A stretch of DNA of 64,000 bases from Octopus vulgaris (taxonomy: Eukaryota), in the NCBI GenBank assembly GCA_951406725.2, contig OX597840.1, positions 9,672,001 through 9,736,000 on the forward strand. Reading direction: 5' to 3'. Below the pieces are notes generated by a model. The model made no database searches, had not been told where the DNA came from, and saw only the letters and a list, made by a program, of their open reading frames with translations. A program made the translations under genes and the position numbers. Shown here in pieces: positions 41,778 through 55,916 of the stretch (position 1 is the stretch's first letter; every line of letters starts with the position of its first letter).

Positions 41778-41985
41778 GCCATGTTGATTCGCTAGCCTCT
41801 GCACGCATTTTTTTTCTCTCCTTGTTTCTTTCTGTGTTTCTTTTCTGTGTATCTTTCTGTTGAAGAGCGTAGGCTCGAAACGTAAAAGACTTGTTTTATT
41901 TATATTCCTGAGCGCCATACTAATACAATTGTTTGTTTGTATTCCACCTGTTTATTTTGTTTATTTTCATAAAGCTTCCCGTTAC
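41778..41985 (+). mobile_element. Penelope-like fragment family P1 (hammerhead-like motif 41852-41889)
   Basis: TCTTT-CTGTTGA-A-GAGC gtag GCTC-GAAA-CG-TA-AAAGA with perfect 5-bp stem I. Confidence 0.65.
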
Positions 41986-42049
41986 ATATACATATACACA
42001 GATACATATACACAGATACATATGTACATATATATTTCATATACGTATG

Positions 42050-42850
42050 CAGAATTTGAACTCAGAACGTAGCGGCAGACGAAATACCTATTTCTTTACT
42101 ACCCACAAGGGGCTAAACACAAAGGGGACAAACAAGGACAGACAAACGAATCAAGTCGATTACATCGACCCCAGTGCGTAACTGGTACTTAATTTATCGA
42201 CCTTGAAAGGATGAAAGGCAAAGTCGACCTCGGCGAAATTTGAACTCAGAACGCAGCAGATGAAATACCTATTTCTTTACTACCCACAAGGGGCTAAACA
42301 CAGAGAGGACAAACAAGGACAGACAAAGGGATTAAGTCGATTATATCGACCGCAGTGCGTAACTGGTACTTAATTTAATCGATCCCGAAAGGATGAAAGG
42401 CAAAGTCGACCTCGGCGAAATTTGAACTCAGAACGCAGCGACAGATGGAATACCTATTTATTTACTTCCCACAAGTGGCTAAACATAGAGAGGACAAACA
42501 AGGACAGAAAAACGGATTAAGTCGATTATATCGACCGCAGTGCGTAACTGGTACTTATTTAATCGATCCCGAAAGGATGAAAGGCAAAGTCGACCTCGGC
42601 GGAATTTGAACTCAGAACGCAGCGGCAGATGAAATACTTATTTCTTTACTACCCACAAGGGGCTAAACACAGAGGGGACGAACAAGGACAGAAAAACGGA
42701 TTAAGTCGATTATATCGACCGCAGTGCGTAACTGGTACTTATTTAATCGATCCCGAATGGATGAAACGCAAAGTGGACCTCGGCGGAATTTGAACTCAGA
42801 ACGCAGCGGCAGATGAAATACTACGCATTTCTTTACTAACCCACCAAGGG
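42050..42850 (-). mobile_element. SINE family B body multimer (~4+ units, no head visible)
   Basis: TTTGAACTCAGAACG recurs at ~42055, 42240, 42421, 42605 and 42789. Confidence 0.92.
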
Positions 42851-43168
42851 CCTTGTAAAAGTCACATGAGGGGAAATCGAACATAATGGACAGACATTTA
42901 ACGGATTAAGTTTGCGATTATAAATCAAGAATTGAATCCATTACGTAAACCCTCCTCAGTGAAAACATCTCAAAATATTAAACTTTTTATGTTTAAACTT
43001 CACTGGATGTGCGTAATGCTTACTGACCCAAGGGAAGTAGAGTTATATCATGTTACACTAAAAAAGCAGTGCACGGAACCAGAATTTTCGAGTCAGGCCA
43101 AATATAACAAGCCCCAGATTGTTGTTAAAGTATCTGCAAAAATGCAGTGTAGTGTTTGTGTGTGTGTG

Positions 43169-43495
43169 TACACTCGCTCAGATGCACAAATATCCCCACA
43201 GTCACACACATTAAGAAAGGAATTTCCACAAATCGCTATCCAGACCTTCAACATTCCAGAAATACTCCAGTTCTCCATTGCAAAAATGCAGTGTAGACCG
43301 GCTGCGGATACTCTAACAACAATTCGGTGTAGTTTGTTGTATTTCAATCGAGTAGAAAATTCTGGTACCGTTAACCGCTTTTTAGCGTAACACGAAATCT
43401 ATACGAGTGTGTTTGCGTGTGTGTGTGTATGTGTGTGTAAATGTATGTCCATACATACACCTCTATGGATGATTTATATAGTTATAAGTGTGTGT

Positions 43496-43542
<47 letters not shown>

Positions 43543-43953
43543 GTTTGTGTGTGTGTGTTTGTGTGGTGTGTACACTCGCTCAGATGCACAAATATCCCCC
43601 ACAGTCACACACATTAAGAAAGGAATTTCCACAAATCGCTATCCAGACCTTCAACATTCCAGAAATACTCCAGTTCTCCATTGCAAAAGTGCAGTGTAGA
43701 CCGGCTGCGGATACTCTAACAACAATTCAGTGTTGTTTGTTGTATTTCAATCGAGTAGAAAATTCTGGTACCGTGAACCGCTTTTTAGCGTAACACAAAA
43801 TCTATACGAGTGTGTTTGCGTGTGTGTGTGTGTGTGTGTACACTCGCTCAGATGCACAAATATCCCCACAGTCACACACATTAAGAAAGGAATTTCCACA
43901 AATGGCTATCCAGACCTTCAACATTCCAGAAATACTCCAGTTTCTCCATTGCA
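43169..43953. repeat. Tandem ~250-bp unit x2.5 separated by (TG)n
   Basis: Units start TACACTCGCTCAGATG at 43169, 43571 and 43839. Confidence 0.92.
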
Positions 43954-44494
43954 CCATAAACGAAACATCTCAGACCACATTGTTTAAATATCACTCGACT
44001 TCATTCATTAAATGTTGGTCTTATTTTCTCCAGTGGAACAACACACCCACCACAAAACAAAAACCCTACTCAATTAATTCAATTTGCACTGCCAAAACTT
44101 AACTAATTACGTAATTATAATATCATAGTAAATAATTAAGCTTTCGATTCCAGTCAATTTCAAAGTTAATTTTAAAGACTGGCTTCTTTCAGTAATTAAT
44201 CTTTCTGTTGTCGATGGCGCTGACCAATCAAAGCCGTTGTTTATAGTTGTTTGCTGGTTTGTTTACTTCTAAATGGTCATCAAGTGTCACCGAGTTTCTG
44301 TGACCTTCTCTGTCCCACAATTCCACCACATTTGTTAGAAGTCATTTACTGAGCAGTTTTATAAACCTTTACTAATTATCTACCTACCTACCTACCTACA
44401 TACATACATACATACATACATACATACATACATACATACATACATGCACACATACATTCTTATCTACCTGCATACATATCTATCTATCTATCTG

Positions 44495-44605
<111 letters not shown>

Positions 44606-44724
44606 GTCTGTCTCTCTGTCTCTCTGTCTTTTTGCCTGTCTGTCTGTCCGTCTGTCTGTTTGTCTTTTTCCTTTCTATATATATATATATAAATATATAA
44701 ATATATTTTTGCCTTATTAACAAT

Positions 44725-44804
<80 letters not shown>

Positions 44805-45387
44805 TTCTTTCTCTTTTTTAGTATATCGTAGATCAAAGCCTTGTGAGTGGATTTGGTAGACGGAAACTGAAAGAACCCCGTCGTATATATGTATATGTCT
44901 GTGTGTGTGTTGAAATTTCGCTGAGATCGACTTTGCCTTTCACCCCTTTCGGGGTCGATAAATTAAGCACGAGTTGAGTGCTGTAACCGACTTTTCCCCA
45001 AACCCCAAAATTGTTGATCTTGGGCCAACGTTCATATTCTATGTAGTTTTAAAACGAATTTAATTAAAGAATTAACTATATTACCAAAACTTCCACTTTT
45101 TGACTTTGTGCAACTGAGGATTACTCTGCATTTAAATTGATGTAATGGTTGTATTGTTCAATTAAATGGAGTTGCGTGAAACGATCGTACTGCATTACCT
45201 CTGGATACCCTTGTTGCTTATTTTGATTTTAATCACCTCATTTTGAAATTATATATATATATATATATATATATAATGGAAAATATGTAATGTTTATCTA
45301 TACCTGTATATGTGTGTAAATGTATGTCCATACATACACCTCTATGGATGATTTATATAGTTATAAGTGTGTGTACGTGTGTGTGTG

Positions 45388-45438
<51 letters not shown>

Positions 45439-45469
45439 GCTGAAGGATCAAACAGCATCACATAGAATC

Positions 45470-45895
45470 GAAAAAAAACGAAAGCAAGAAGAGTTGAGTC
45501 CAGAATCGACATTATCGAAATGCAACGAATTAAGTGATACGACGTTTCGGATAACGTCCTTTTTCAGAATAGTGAAAAGTGGATAGAGAGAAGAAAAAAA
45601 CGAGGGGAAATCCGGAAAAAAAAACAAAAGGCAAAATGGAAAGTATCTGAAGTGTAATCCGGGCTAAAATGTCACTTGGTGTTGGGCTAGATTGGTAGGT
45701 GGTTTATCATGGAATAATGAATAAGGTATGTGAAGAGTTGCAGAACATTGTGACAGGGAAAGATGATACAAAATCCAACGTAATCCAAAATGGTAATCCA
45801 GTTGTAGAATCATTGGTGCAGCAGACTGTAATCCAAGGTACGAGGAATTCCAGGAATAAAGGTACTCCAATGATGTGTGTGATTGTGGTGTAGCA
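45470..45895 (-). mobile_element. Probable decayed Penelope-like 3' region
   Basis: Minus strand CTGAAAA-AGGA cgtta TCC-GAAA-CGTC degenerate hammerhead at ~45538-45572, downstream of a complex, possibly ORF-derived segment. Confidence 0.4.
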
Positions 45896-45931
45896 TAGAT
45901 ATATCTATGTGCGTATATATATATATGTATG

Positions 45932-45968
<37 letters not shown>

Positions 45969-46039
45969 TTATGTAAAATTCACAAGTAACTCTGCAATAA
46001 ACTTCCAAACTAAACCCACTAGTGGCAGACTTCGTTAGA

Positions 46040-46093
<54 letters not shown>

Positions 46094-46132
46094 GTATATA
46101 TACATAAATATATATATATATGTATGTATATA

Positions 46133-46195
<63 letters not shown>

Positions 46196-46200
46196 GTATG

Positions 46201-46254
<54 letters not shown>

Positions 46255-46430
46255 TAAATAAATGGAGTTTAACGCAGGTATAAATCAGGTATAAAAATTC
46301 CACGTAAACATGAAGTTTCTACCTTCATAAGCAAGGAGTTACAACCTCTTTACCTGTGAGATTTTTTGCTACCCTGGTAACTGTTTATTTTTTCCGTGTT
46401 AATTGCTAATAAGGCAAAAATACACTCATC

Positions 46431-46571
<141 letters not shown>

Positions 46572-46695
46572 CTGCGTTTATTTTACGCAGCAATTTGAAA
46601 ATCATGAAATGTAGACCAAGAAACCCGCTGAAAAGAATCGAACTATGTATCTCTGAGTTTGTTTATATTTAATTTTACCGTGCAATCCACCTCAC

Positions 46696-46821
46696 CTGAC
46701 CATCCAGGCTCGTCATCTTCTCTCCTTTCCATGGATGTTTATTTTTTTTGTTATACGTGAAACTGTGAAGTGAATACTAGGCCCTAGTTAAACCCTTCTG
46801 TTTGTTTTTTTGTTTTTTTTT
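46696..46821 (-). CDS. Candidate exon: 5'UTR + start ATG 46732 (MERREDDEPGWS, phase-1 donor)
   Basis: Strong acceptor cccccttttctcccttcttttcAG and donor CAG|gtgagg. All three frames have stops upstream of the ATG, so it is not an internal coding exon. Confidence 0.33.
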
Positions 46822-46983
46822 CTGAAAAGAAGGGAGAAAAGGGGGTTCTCCATTACGAAAGAGGGCAAGCAGAGAGAGAAAGACAAAGAGGGTAGTCTCT
46901 CGGAATAATTACGAGTAACTGATCTATCAATGGTGTAGAGGACGGCAAAACTGTTCAGTCAGATGAAGAACGAAGACAAAGTA

Positions 46984-47200
46984 GATTTTTCATTAATAAA
47001 GATGTGGAGTGAAGGAAACTGAAAAATTACGGTGGTATTTTGGCAGCTAGGTGGCGTGGTGTGTTGTGTCAAACAAACCAAATACAACAGAAATACCGTA
47101 TTACTGCAAAGATAAAACCCTATTTTGATTTTTCATTAATAAAGATGTGGAGTGAAGGAAACTGAAAAAATTACGGTGGTATTTTGGCAGCTAGGTGGCG
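46984..47200. repeat. 73-bp direct duplication (46984-47056 and 47127-47200)
   Basis: Direct reading. Confidence 0.9.
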
Positions 47201-47324
47201 CTGGTGTTTGTCAGTTTAAGAAACAGTCAGGATGGTGTGAGTCGAATGAATTTGAACCATCACCATCAATCATTTAGATTGAGCGTTCCTTACTGACATT
47301 GCACTGGAATTCAAAAATAATATA

Positions 47325-47740
47325 TATTTCTTTACTACCCACAAGGGGCTAAACATAGAGGAGACAAACAAGGACGGACAAACGGATTAAGTCGATTACA
47401 TCGACCCCAGTGCGAAACTGGTACTTTATTTATCGACCCCGAGAGGATGAAAGGCAAAGTCGACCTCGGTGGAATTTGAACTCAGAACGTAACGGCATAC
47501 GAAATACCTATTTCTTTACTACCCACAAGGGGCTAAACATAGAGGGGACAAACAAGGACGAACAAACGGATTAAGTCGATTACATCGACCCAGTGCGAAA
47601 ATGGTACTTTATTTATCGACCCCGAGAGGATGAAAGGCAAAGTCGACCTCGGCGGAATTTGAACTCAGAACGTAACGACAGACGAAATACCGCGAAGCAT
47701 TTCGCCCGGCGCGCTAACGTTTCAGCCAGCTCGCCGCCTT
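47325..47740 (-). mobile_element. SINE family B dimer with TSD AAAAATAATATA
   Basis: Head at ~47690-47740, two bodies, TSD at 47313-47324 and 47744-47755. Confidence 0.9.
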
Positions 47741-48454
47741 ATTAAAAATAATATAGAAAGAAATGAGTTTACCCAAACAATGGACCATTTAAAGCATTTG
47801 CTGTTACAAAAAGCAAGAATAATGCTTTAAGTTCGCAAAACCGTTAGCGCTGAGGACAAAGTGACTTTGCGCCATTTTGTTCGTCTTTACGTTCTGTGCT
47901 CAAATTTTGCCGAGGTTGACTTCGTCTTTCATAGTCGATAAAATAAGTACCAGGTGAATACTGGTGTCGATGTAATCGATTTGCCAATCCCTTCAAAAAC
48001 CGCAGGTTCTGTACCAAAATTTTAAAATGTTATAAGAAGCAAGAATGTATTCTTGCTGGGTGGGGGTCTTCATTCGCTTTCGTAAATTGCTGTGTTGTCC
48101 ATGAAATTTTGCATCCTGTTACTTCACTCGTTTCGCATTATTAAAAAGCTCCTTCTTTCGTGGGCCCAGGAACAGGGGTTGCAGGGGGTGCAAGTGCACC
48201 CCTTAGAATTTTTGTGGGGTGCAAAATCAAAATTTGTACCCCCTAGTTTTCTCGGGTTTGGAAAACAGTGAATATAAAGTGATCAGTAAAAAAGTGGCTC
48301 GAAGTTAGATTTCTTCTCAAAGAAGAAAAATAGATAAATAAATAAATAAATAAATAAAAATACAATAAACCTTGTTTGTAAAATTTTGGGGGGCTGGGTT
48401 TGCACCCCTTAAGCAAATTTCGTTCCCGAGTCAGTGCTTCCTTTCAGCCAGATA

Positions 48455-48740
48455 CAACAAAAACACCTAAAGCTCCACGAGGCCCCGGTAGGGGGGGTGG
48501 CGAGCCCCTGTTGTACTCTTTCGCCCCAAATTTCTCTCACTCTTTCTTCCTATTTCTCGTCCCCGACTTCCTACGCAACCGCTGAGCTTGAATGCGCATT
48601 CATCCATCTGTCGATTGCTCTCGGTGTCGGGGGTTGACCTGCTTTCTCTTCTGCGGGTCTTACGAATAGCAAAGGACCACGTTTCGGTCTTCTCCCACTC
48701 TGGGACGAAGACCGCTTCGCTCAACAAACAAACAAACAAA
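48455..48740 (+). mobile_element. SINE family C body lacking head, tail type 3
   Basis: AAAACACCTAAAGCTCCACGAGG...TTTCTCTCACTCTTTC, then a unique tail ending GCTC(AAAC)n. Confidence 0.75.
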
Positions 48741-49047
48741 CCAAATACACACACAGAAACAGTGTACTAAACTCTTGCCAAAACATGTGTACGGGACATT
48801 CGTGCTTTGCAAGCAACGCACAAAAGAAATTATTGTATTCACAGAAAAGGTTAATTGCTTGAAATAATTGTAATAATGATTAATTATGCTTATAAATACG
48901 GGCAAGTAGATAATTGTGTGAGAGGACAAAAAAATCTGAACAGTCTAGGATTTTTCAAACAGATTAAAGAGAGTCGTTTACTGCCAATAACACTGTTTTA
49001 GAGTGCTGAGGGTAATTAGGACAGCTTTTCGTGCGGTAATAACCCAC

Positions 49048-49184
49048 CGCAGCAACAGGGTGGGGACGGCTGTGTTGCATGAAATTTTGTCTTTTAATTT
49101 GATGGAAGGTCTGGGCACGTGTTATTTTACAAGGCCTTCGAGACACATCGAAGGGGGTAAGGAAGATAGCCGCAAATCGAAGAC
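49048..49184 (-). CDS. Weak candidate internal exon ((G)LRFAAIFLTPFDVSRRPCKITRAQTFHQIKRQNFMQHSRPHPVAA)
   Basis: Acceptor atctttcttgttAG, donor GCG|gtgggt, one open frame (phase 1 in, phase 0 out); no homology recognised. Confidence 0.2.
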
Positions 49185-49478
49185 CTAACAAGAAAGATTT
49201 CAACAGACTCTGCTGAAGTCGTTTGTAGTATGAGGGGACCACAACGGTTTTTGAACTCAGGACGGAACAAAAACCACAAGGAATCCCGTTAGACATTTTT
49301 ACGTTTTGACAAGTCCAACGCCCTTTTTAAATAAATATTTTCTTGAGTCCTATGACTCAAAACGACTCATAATAATTCGTAACGACTCATAAGGCTGTTT
49401 ACTCGGTTTCTATGGCATATATGTGGCCGAGATCACAACATTCTCCCAGAATGGGACGCCAGTCCGTTGCATAGGTCC

Positions 49479-49509
<31 letters not shown>

Positions 49510-49526
49510 ATGCATCGACTATATAT

Positions 49527-49561
<35 letters not shown>

Positions 49562-49779
49562 GCGGGATTTGAACTCAGAACACAAGAAGCTAAACATCTT
49601 ACCCGACTTTGGATGTGTGAAAAGATAAAGTTGACTTCGGTGAGGCTCGATCTCAGGACGCAACGAGTCGGTTGTCGATGCGAAGTGGCTCCCAATGCAA
49701 ATATTTATATATATATATATATATATATCCTTTTTCCAGTGACGAAAAGTAACTGATTTCGAAAAAGTGTAAACAAGCA

Positions 49780-50180
49780 AGGCGCAGGAGTGGCTGTGTG
49801 GTAAGTAGCTTGTTTACCAACCACATGCTTCTGGGTTCAGTCCACTGCGTGGCATCTTGGGCAAGTGTCTTCTGCTATAGCCTCGGGCCGACCAAAGCCT
49901 TGTGAGTGGATTTGGTAGACGGAAACTGAAAGAAGCCTGTCGTATATATGTATATATTTATATGTGTGTGTGTATATATTTGTGTGTCTGTGTTTGTCCC
50001 CCTAGCATTGCTTGACAACCGATGCTTGTGTGTTTACGTCCCCGTAACTTAGCGGTTCGGCAAAAGAGAGCGATAGAATAAGTACTGGGCTTACAAAGAA
50101 TAAGTACCGGGGTCGAGTTGCTCGACTAAAGGCGGTGCTCCAGCATGGACGCAGTCAAATGACTGAAACAAGTAAAAGAG
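49780..50180 (+). mobile_element. SINE family A, full length
   Basis: Consensus match. Confidence 0.92.
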
Positions 50181-50219
50181 AAAAGAAATATATATATATA
50201 TATATGTATGTATGTATAT

Positions 50220-50860
50220 GCGACGGGCTTCTCTCAGTTTCCGTCCACCAAATCCACTTACAAGGCTTTGGTCAGCCCGAGGCTATAGCAGTAAACATTT
50301 GCCCAAGGTGCCACGCAGTGGGACTGAACCCGGAACCATGTGGTTGGGAAGCAAGCTTCATACCACAGCCACGCTACATATGTAGTTTTAATCTTTTCAT
50401 CTTTCACTTGACTCAGTCACTGGGCTGCGGCCATGCTGGAACACGACTTTTTTTATTTAGAGTCTGGTACTTATTTTTATCGGTTCTTTTTGCCGAACCG
50501 CTAAGTTACGTGGATGTAAACAAGCCAACACCGGCTTGCTAAGAGGTGGAAGAGACAAACACAAAGACGAACACGCACACACACATACATACACACACTC
50601 ACACACACACATACACACACATACACACTCGCACAAACACACACACACACTCACACACTCACACACACACTCACACACACACATACACACATACACACAC
50701 ACACACTCACACACACACACATACACACATAGGATTCCACATAGTTTCCCCGCCTACTAAATTCGGCATTCCTCGGTACGGACCCATAGGAGAAGACACT
50801 TGCCCAAAGTTCCGCGTAGTGGGACTGAACCCAGAACCACGATGTGGCTAAGAGAGCTTT
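50220..50860 (-). mobile_element. SINE family A head (50220-50372) and an older diverged copy (50400-50860)
   Basis: Partial consensus matches. Confidence 0.75.
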
Positions 50861-51276
50861 AGAACCATAGTTTATCATATAACGGAACACGGTGTACAGT
50901 ATACAAATACGTATGATCTATCGTTTGGGATGTATCATTTTACGATCCTAGAGGCGTTGGTTCGATTCCTGGACAGGGCAACAGATTTTTGTCCGTCAGC
51001 AAATACTTGATTTTATTATTGTTCCAGTCTATTCAGCTAAAGGGAGTACCAACTGAGTACCAACTGAGTACCAGCTGAGTACCGAGTGGGTGCTGCTGCA
51101 GCCCTTTCCTGCATCCTGAATGTGCCGATGGCTCAGCGGTCGCCAAGGTTGAAAGAGTGTTTGCTTGTGAGTGCACGTGCACCTAAAAGACTTAATGAAA
51201 GTCTGGCGCATGGAACTATATCAGGTGCGTTTCCAAGAGATGTCTACTTTTGCACACACACACACACACACATCCA

Positions 51277-51380
<104 letters not shown>

Positions 51381-51475
51381 TATACATATACATATATATA
51401 CATACATATGATGAGTGTATATTTATATATATATGCATATATATATAATGTATATATATAACGTGTATATACATG

Positions 51476-51534
<59 letters not shown>

Positions 51535-51633
51535 ATATATATAGATAGATAGATAGATAGGTAGATAGATAGATATAATGTATTTAAATATATAACGTTT
51601 ATATATATATACACAGAGAGAAAGAGAGAGATA

Positions 51634-51773
<140 letters not shown>

Positions 51774-52462
51774 CAGTAGTTCATATATCCGGAAAAAGGC
51801 ACGGACGCTTACTGCTCTAAATATACATACATGCATTTGTGTGTGTATGTGTGTATGTGTGTGTGTGTGTTTGTGTATACATACATAAACACGTCTAATG
51901 TACAAGGTCACTATAAAGTCCTTGCAAAAAATGTATGTTAAATTCTAAATAAATTATAACCATACACACAGACACACACACAGATACACACACACACACA
52001 CATACATATATGCATACATTTATACATATATGCATCTGTGTGCGTGTGTCTGTGTGTGTGTGTGTGTATGCATATGTTCTACAGACCTATGCAGCAAAAT
52101 CTTCTCATACAACAATTCCTAAACAACCATTCACGGTATTTTTTATCGTCATTAATCAAAATAGCATAAAAAATCATTTATTAATTTAAAAAAAGAAAAG
52201 AAATAATAATAATAATATTTTTTTTTTTTTTTGCAGATAATTAATCCGGTTCTGTTTTTCTAAAGAACACGCAGAGAGAGTCTCTCCCGTTTATTGGAAT
52301 AAAATTTCGTCCTATCGGTGTAAAGAGTTGCCGGTTTTTAAGGAGAAGAGAAGCGATGTGATGGAGTAAAAAAGAACCGAAGAATTAGATGCCAAAAATG
52401 CATTCCTCGCTCAAACGGAATGGCAGCACAGTCGGTGCATGGAATGATGGTGGAAGCTGGTA

Positions 52463-52920
52463 AATGGTAATGATGGTAGCGGTGGTGGTGGTTGAGGTGA
52501 TGGTGGTGATGGTGGTGGTGGTGGTGGTTTTGGTGGTTATGGTGGTGGTGGTGGTGGTGGTGGTGGTGGTGGTGGTGGTGGTGGTGGTGGTTGAGGTGGT
52601 GGTGGTGATGGTAATGGTAATGATGGTGGCGGTGATGGTGGTTGAGGTGGTGGTGGTGGTGGTGGTGGTGGTGGTGGTGGTGGAGGTGTGGTGGTGGTGG
52701 TGGTGGTGGTGGTGGTGGTGGTGGTGGTGGTGGTGGTGGTGGTTGAGGTGGTGGTGGTGATGGTGGTTGGGGTGATGATGGTAATGGTAATGATGGTGGC
52801 GGTGATGGTGGTTGAGGTGATGGTGGTTGAGGTGGTGGTGGTGGTGGTGGTGGTGGTGGTGGTGGTGGTTGAGGTGGTGGTAGTGGTGATGGTGGTGGTG
52901 GTGGTAGTGGTGGTGGTGGA
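52463..52920. repeat. (GGT)n-rich triplet repeat
   Basis: Direct reading. Confidence 0.95.
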
Positions 52921-53355
52921 ATGGTTGTGAGTGATCGGAATTAAAGCTGTTTAAACATTTTGAAATAATTCTTTCGTCTAATCGTTTTTTCGCAGATTAA
53001 TTTTATTGTGTTGAGAACTAAATATGTATATACACAGACACATATATATATATAGACAAATGTGCGTGTGTGTATGGGTGCGCGTGTGTATGTGTGTGTA
53101 TGTGTGTACACATAAACACATGCATATATAAATGTATACATACATACAAGCATGCTTACATACGTACATATATATAGATGGTATGTATGTATATATATAT
53201 ATATATAGACAAATGTGCGTGTGTGAGTGTGTGTGAGTGTGCGTGCGTCTGTGTGTGTGTGTGTACGCATAAACACATGCATATATGAATGTATATATAC
53301 ATACAAACATGCTTACATACGTATAGATGGTATGCACATATATATATATATATAT

Positions 53356-53396
<41 letters not shown>

Positions 53397-53449
53397 TAGA
53401 TAGGTAGATAGCTAGATTGACATATGAAAAGAGATGGATAGATAGATAA

Positions 53450-53497
<48 letters not shown>

Positions 53498-53556
53498 GCA
53501 GATAGATAGATACATACATACATACATTCATACATACATAGGCAAACAGACAGACT

Positions 53557-53594
<38 letters not shown>

Positions 53595-53607
53595 TAGATA
53601 GACAGAC

Positions 53608-53666
<59 letters not shown>

Positions 53667-53667
53667 C

Positions 53668-53716
<49 letters not shown>

Positions 53717-53959
53717 GGTGTTAACACGTATCTGGTGTGGTGCAGGAAATTCTGATGGTGCTGGAATCGGCCAAAAAAAAAGCTAAAATATTTGCAATGT
53801 GGCGTTGACAGCTGATAATTCCATATCGCAATATCAGAAAAATATATTCTGAAGAAATGTATTTGAAAGAATTGGTTTGGTGCGGATGGAGAGAATGGAT
53901 GCGTCCCGTGGACTGTGGAGACCCTCCTATCAATATATATGGTGTATGGAAATGTGTTT

Positions 53960-54470
53960 GTGTGTATGTATGTATGTATGTATGTATGTATGTATGTATG
54001 TATGTATGTATGTTAGTATGTATGTATGTATGTATGTATGTATGTATGTATGTATGTACGTATGTTTGTATGTATGTATGTGTGTATGTATGTATGTATG
54101 TATGTATGTATGTATGTATGTATGTATGTATGTTTGTATGTATGTATGGTATGTATGTATGTATGTATGTATGTATGTATGTATGTATGTATGTATGTAT
54201 GTATGTATGTATGTATGTATGTATGTATGTATGTATGTATGTATGTATGTATGTATGTATGTATGTATGTTTGTATGTATGTATGTATGTATGTATGTAT
54301 GTATGTATGTATGTATGTATGTATGTATGTATGTATGTATGTATGTATGTATGTATGTTAGTATGTATGTATGTATGTATGTATGTATGTATGTATGTTT
54401 GTATGTATGTTTGTATGTATGTTTGTATGTATGTATGCATGTATGTATGTTTGTATGTATGTATGGTTTT
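53960..54470. repeat. (TATG)n microsatellite
   Basis: Direct reading. Confidence 0.97.
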
Positions 54471-54844
54471 ATGTATGTATATATGTATGTATGTATATGT
54501 GTGTATGTTATATGTACGAATGTGTGTATATATGTGTGTGTGTGTGTATGTGTGCATGTATTTTTATGTGTGTGCATGTGTGTATATATATGCTATGTGT
54601 ATGTATATGTTTATGTATATATATGAGTGTGTGTGCGTTGTGCGTGCGTATGTGTATTTAGTTATGTGTGTGCATGTGTGTGTTTATATACGGTGTGTAT
54701 GTATGTGTTTATATGTGTGTGTCTGTGTGTGTATGTGTGTGTGTATGCATGTTGGTATGTGTGTATATATGCTATATATATATATATGTAGGTAAGTGTG
54801 TATATATGTGCATGTGCATGTATGTATGTATGTATGTTTGTATG

Positions 54845-54878
<34 letters not shown>

Positions 54879-55017
54879 TGTTTGTATGGATAGATGTATG
54901 TATGTATGTATACGCACACACACACACACACACTGTGTATATATAGCTGTATGTATACTATATATTCTATGGGTGTATGTTTGTATACATTCACACTTCG
55001 ATATATGTCTGTGTGCT

Positions 55018-55785
<768 letters not shown>

Positions 55786-55804
55786 CTATGCCAATAAGCG
55801 AAAC

Positions 55805-55838
<34 letters not shown>

Positions 55839-55850
55839 TTAATAATAATA

Positions 55851-55916
<66 letters not shown>

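Noticed and set aside
43025-43134. Minus-strand exon between tttttgcAG and TCA|gtaagc
   Set aside because: Stops in all three frames, and it lies in an inverted-repeat arm.
48165-48430. GGGGTGCA/TGCACCCC motif cluster, possible MITE
   Set aside because: Termini and TSD could not be defined.
52217-52265. Strong plus-strand acceptor (T)n-GCAG
   Set aside because: Immediate stops in all frames and no donor.
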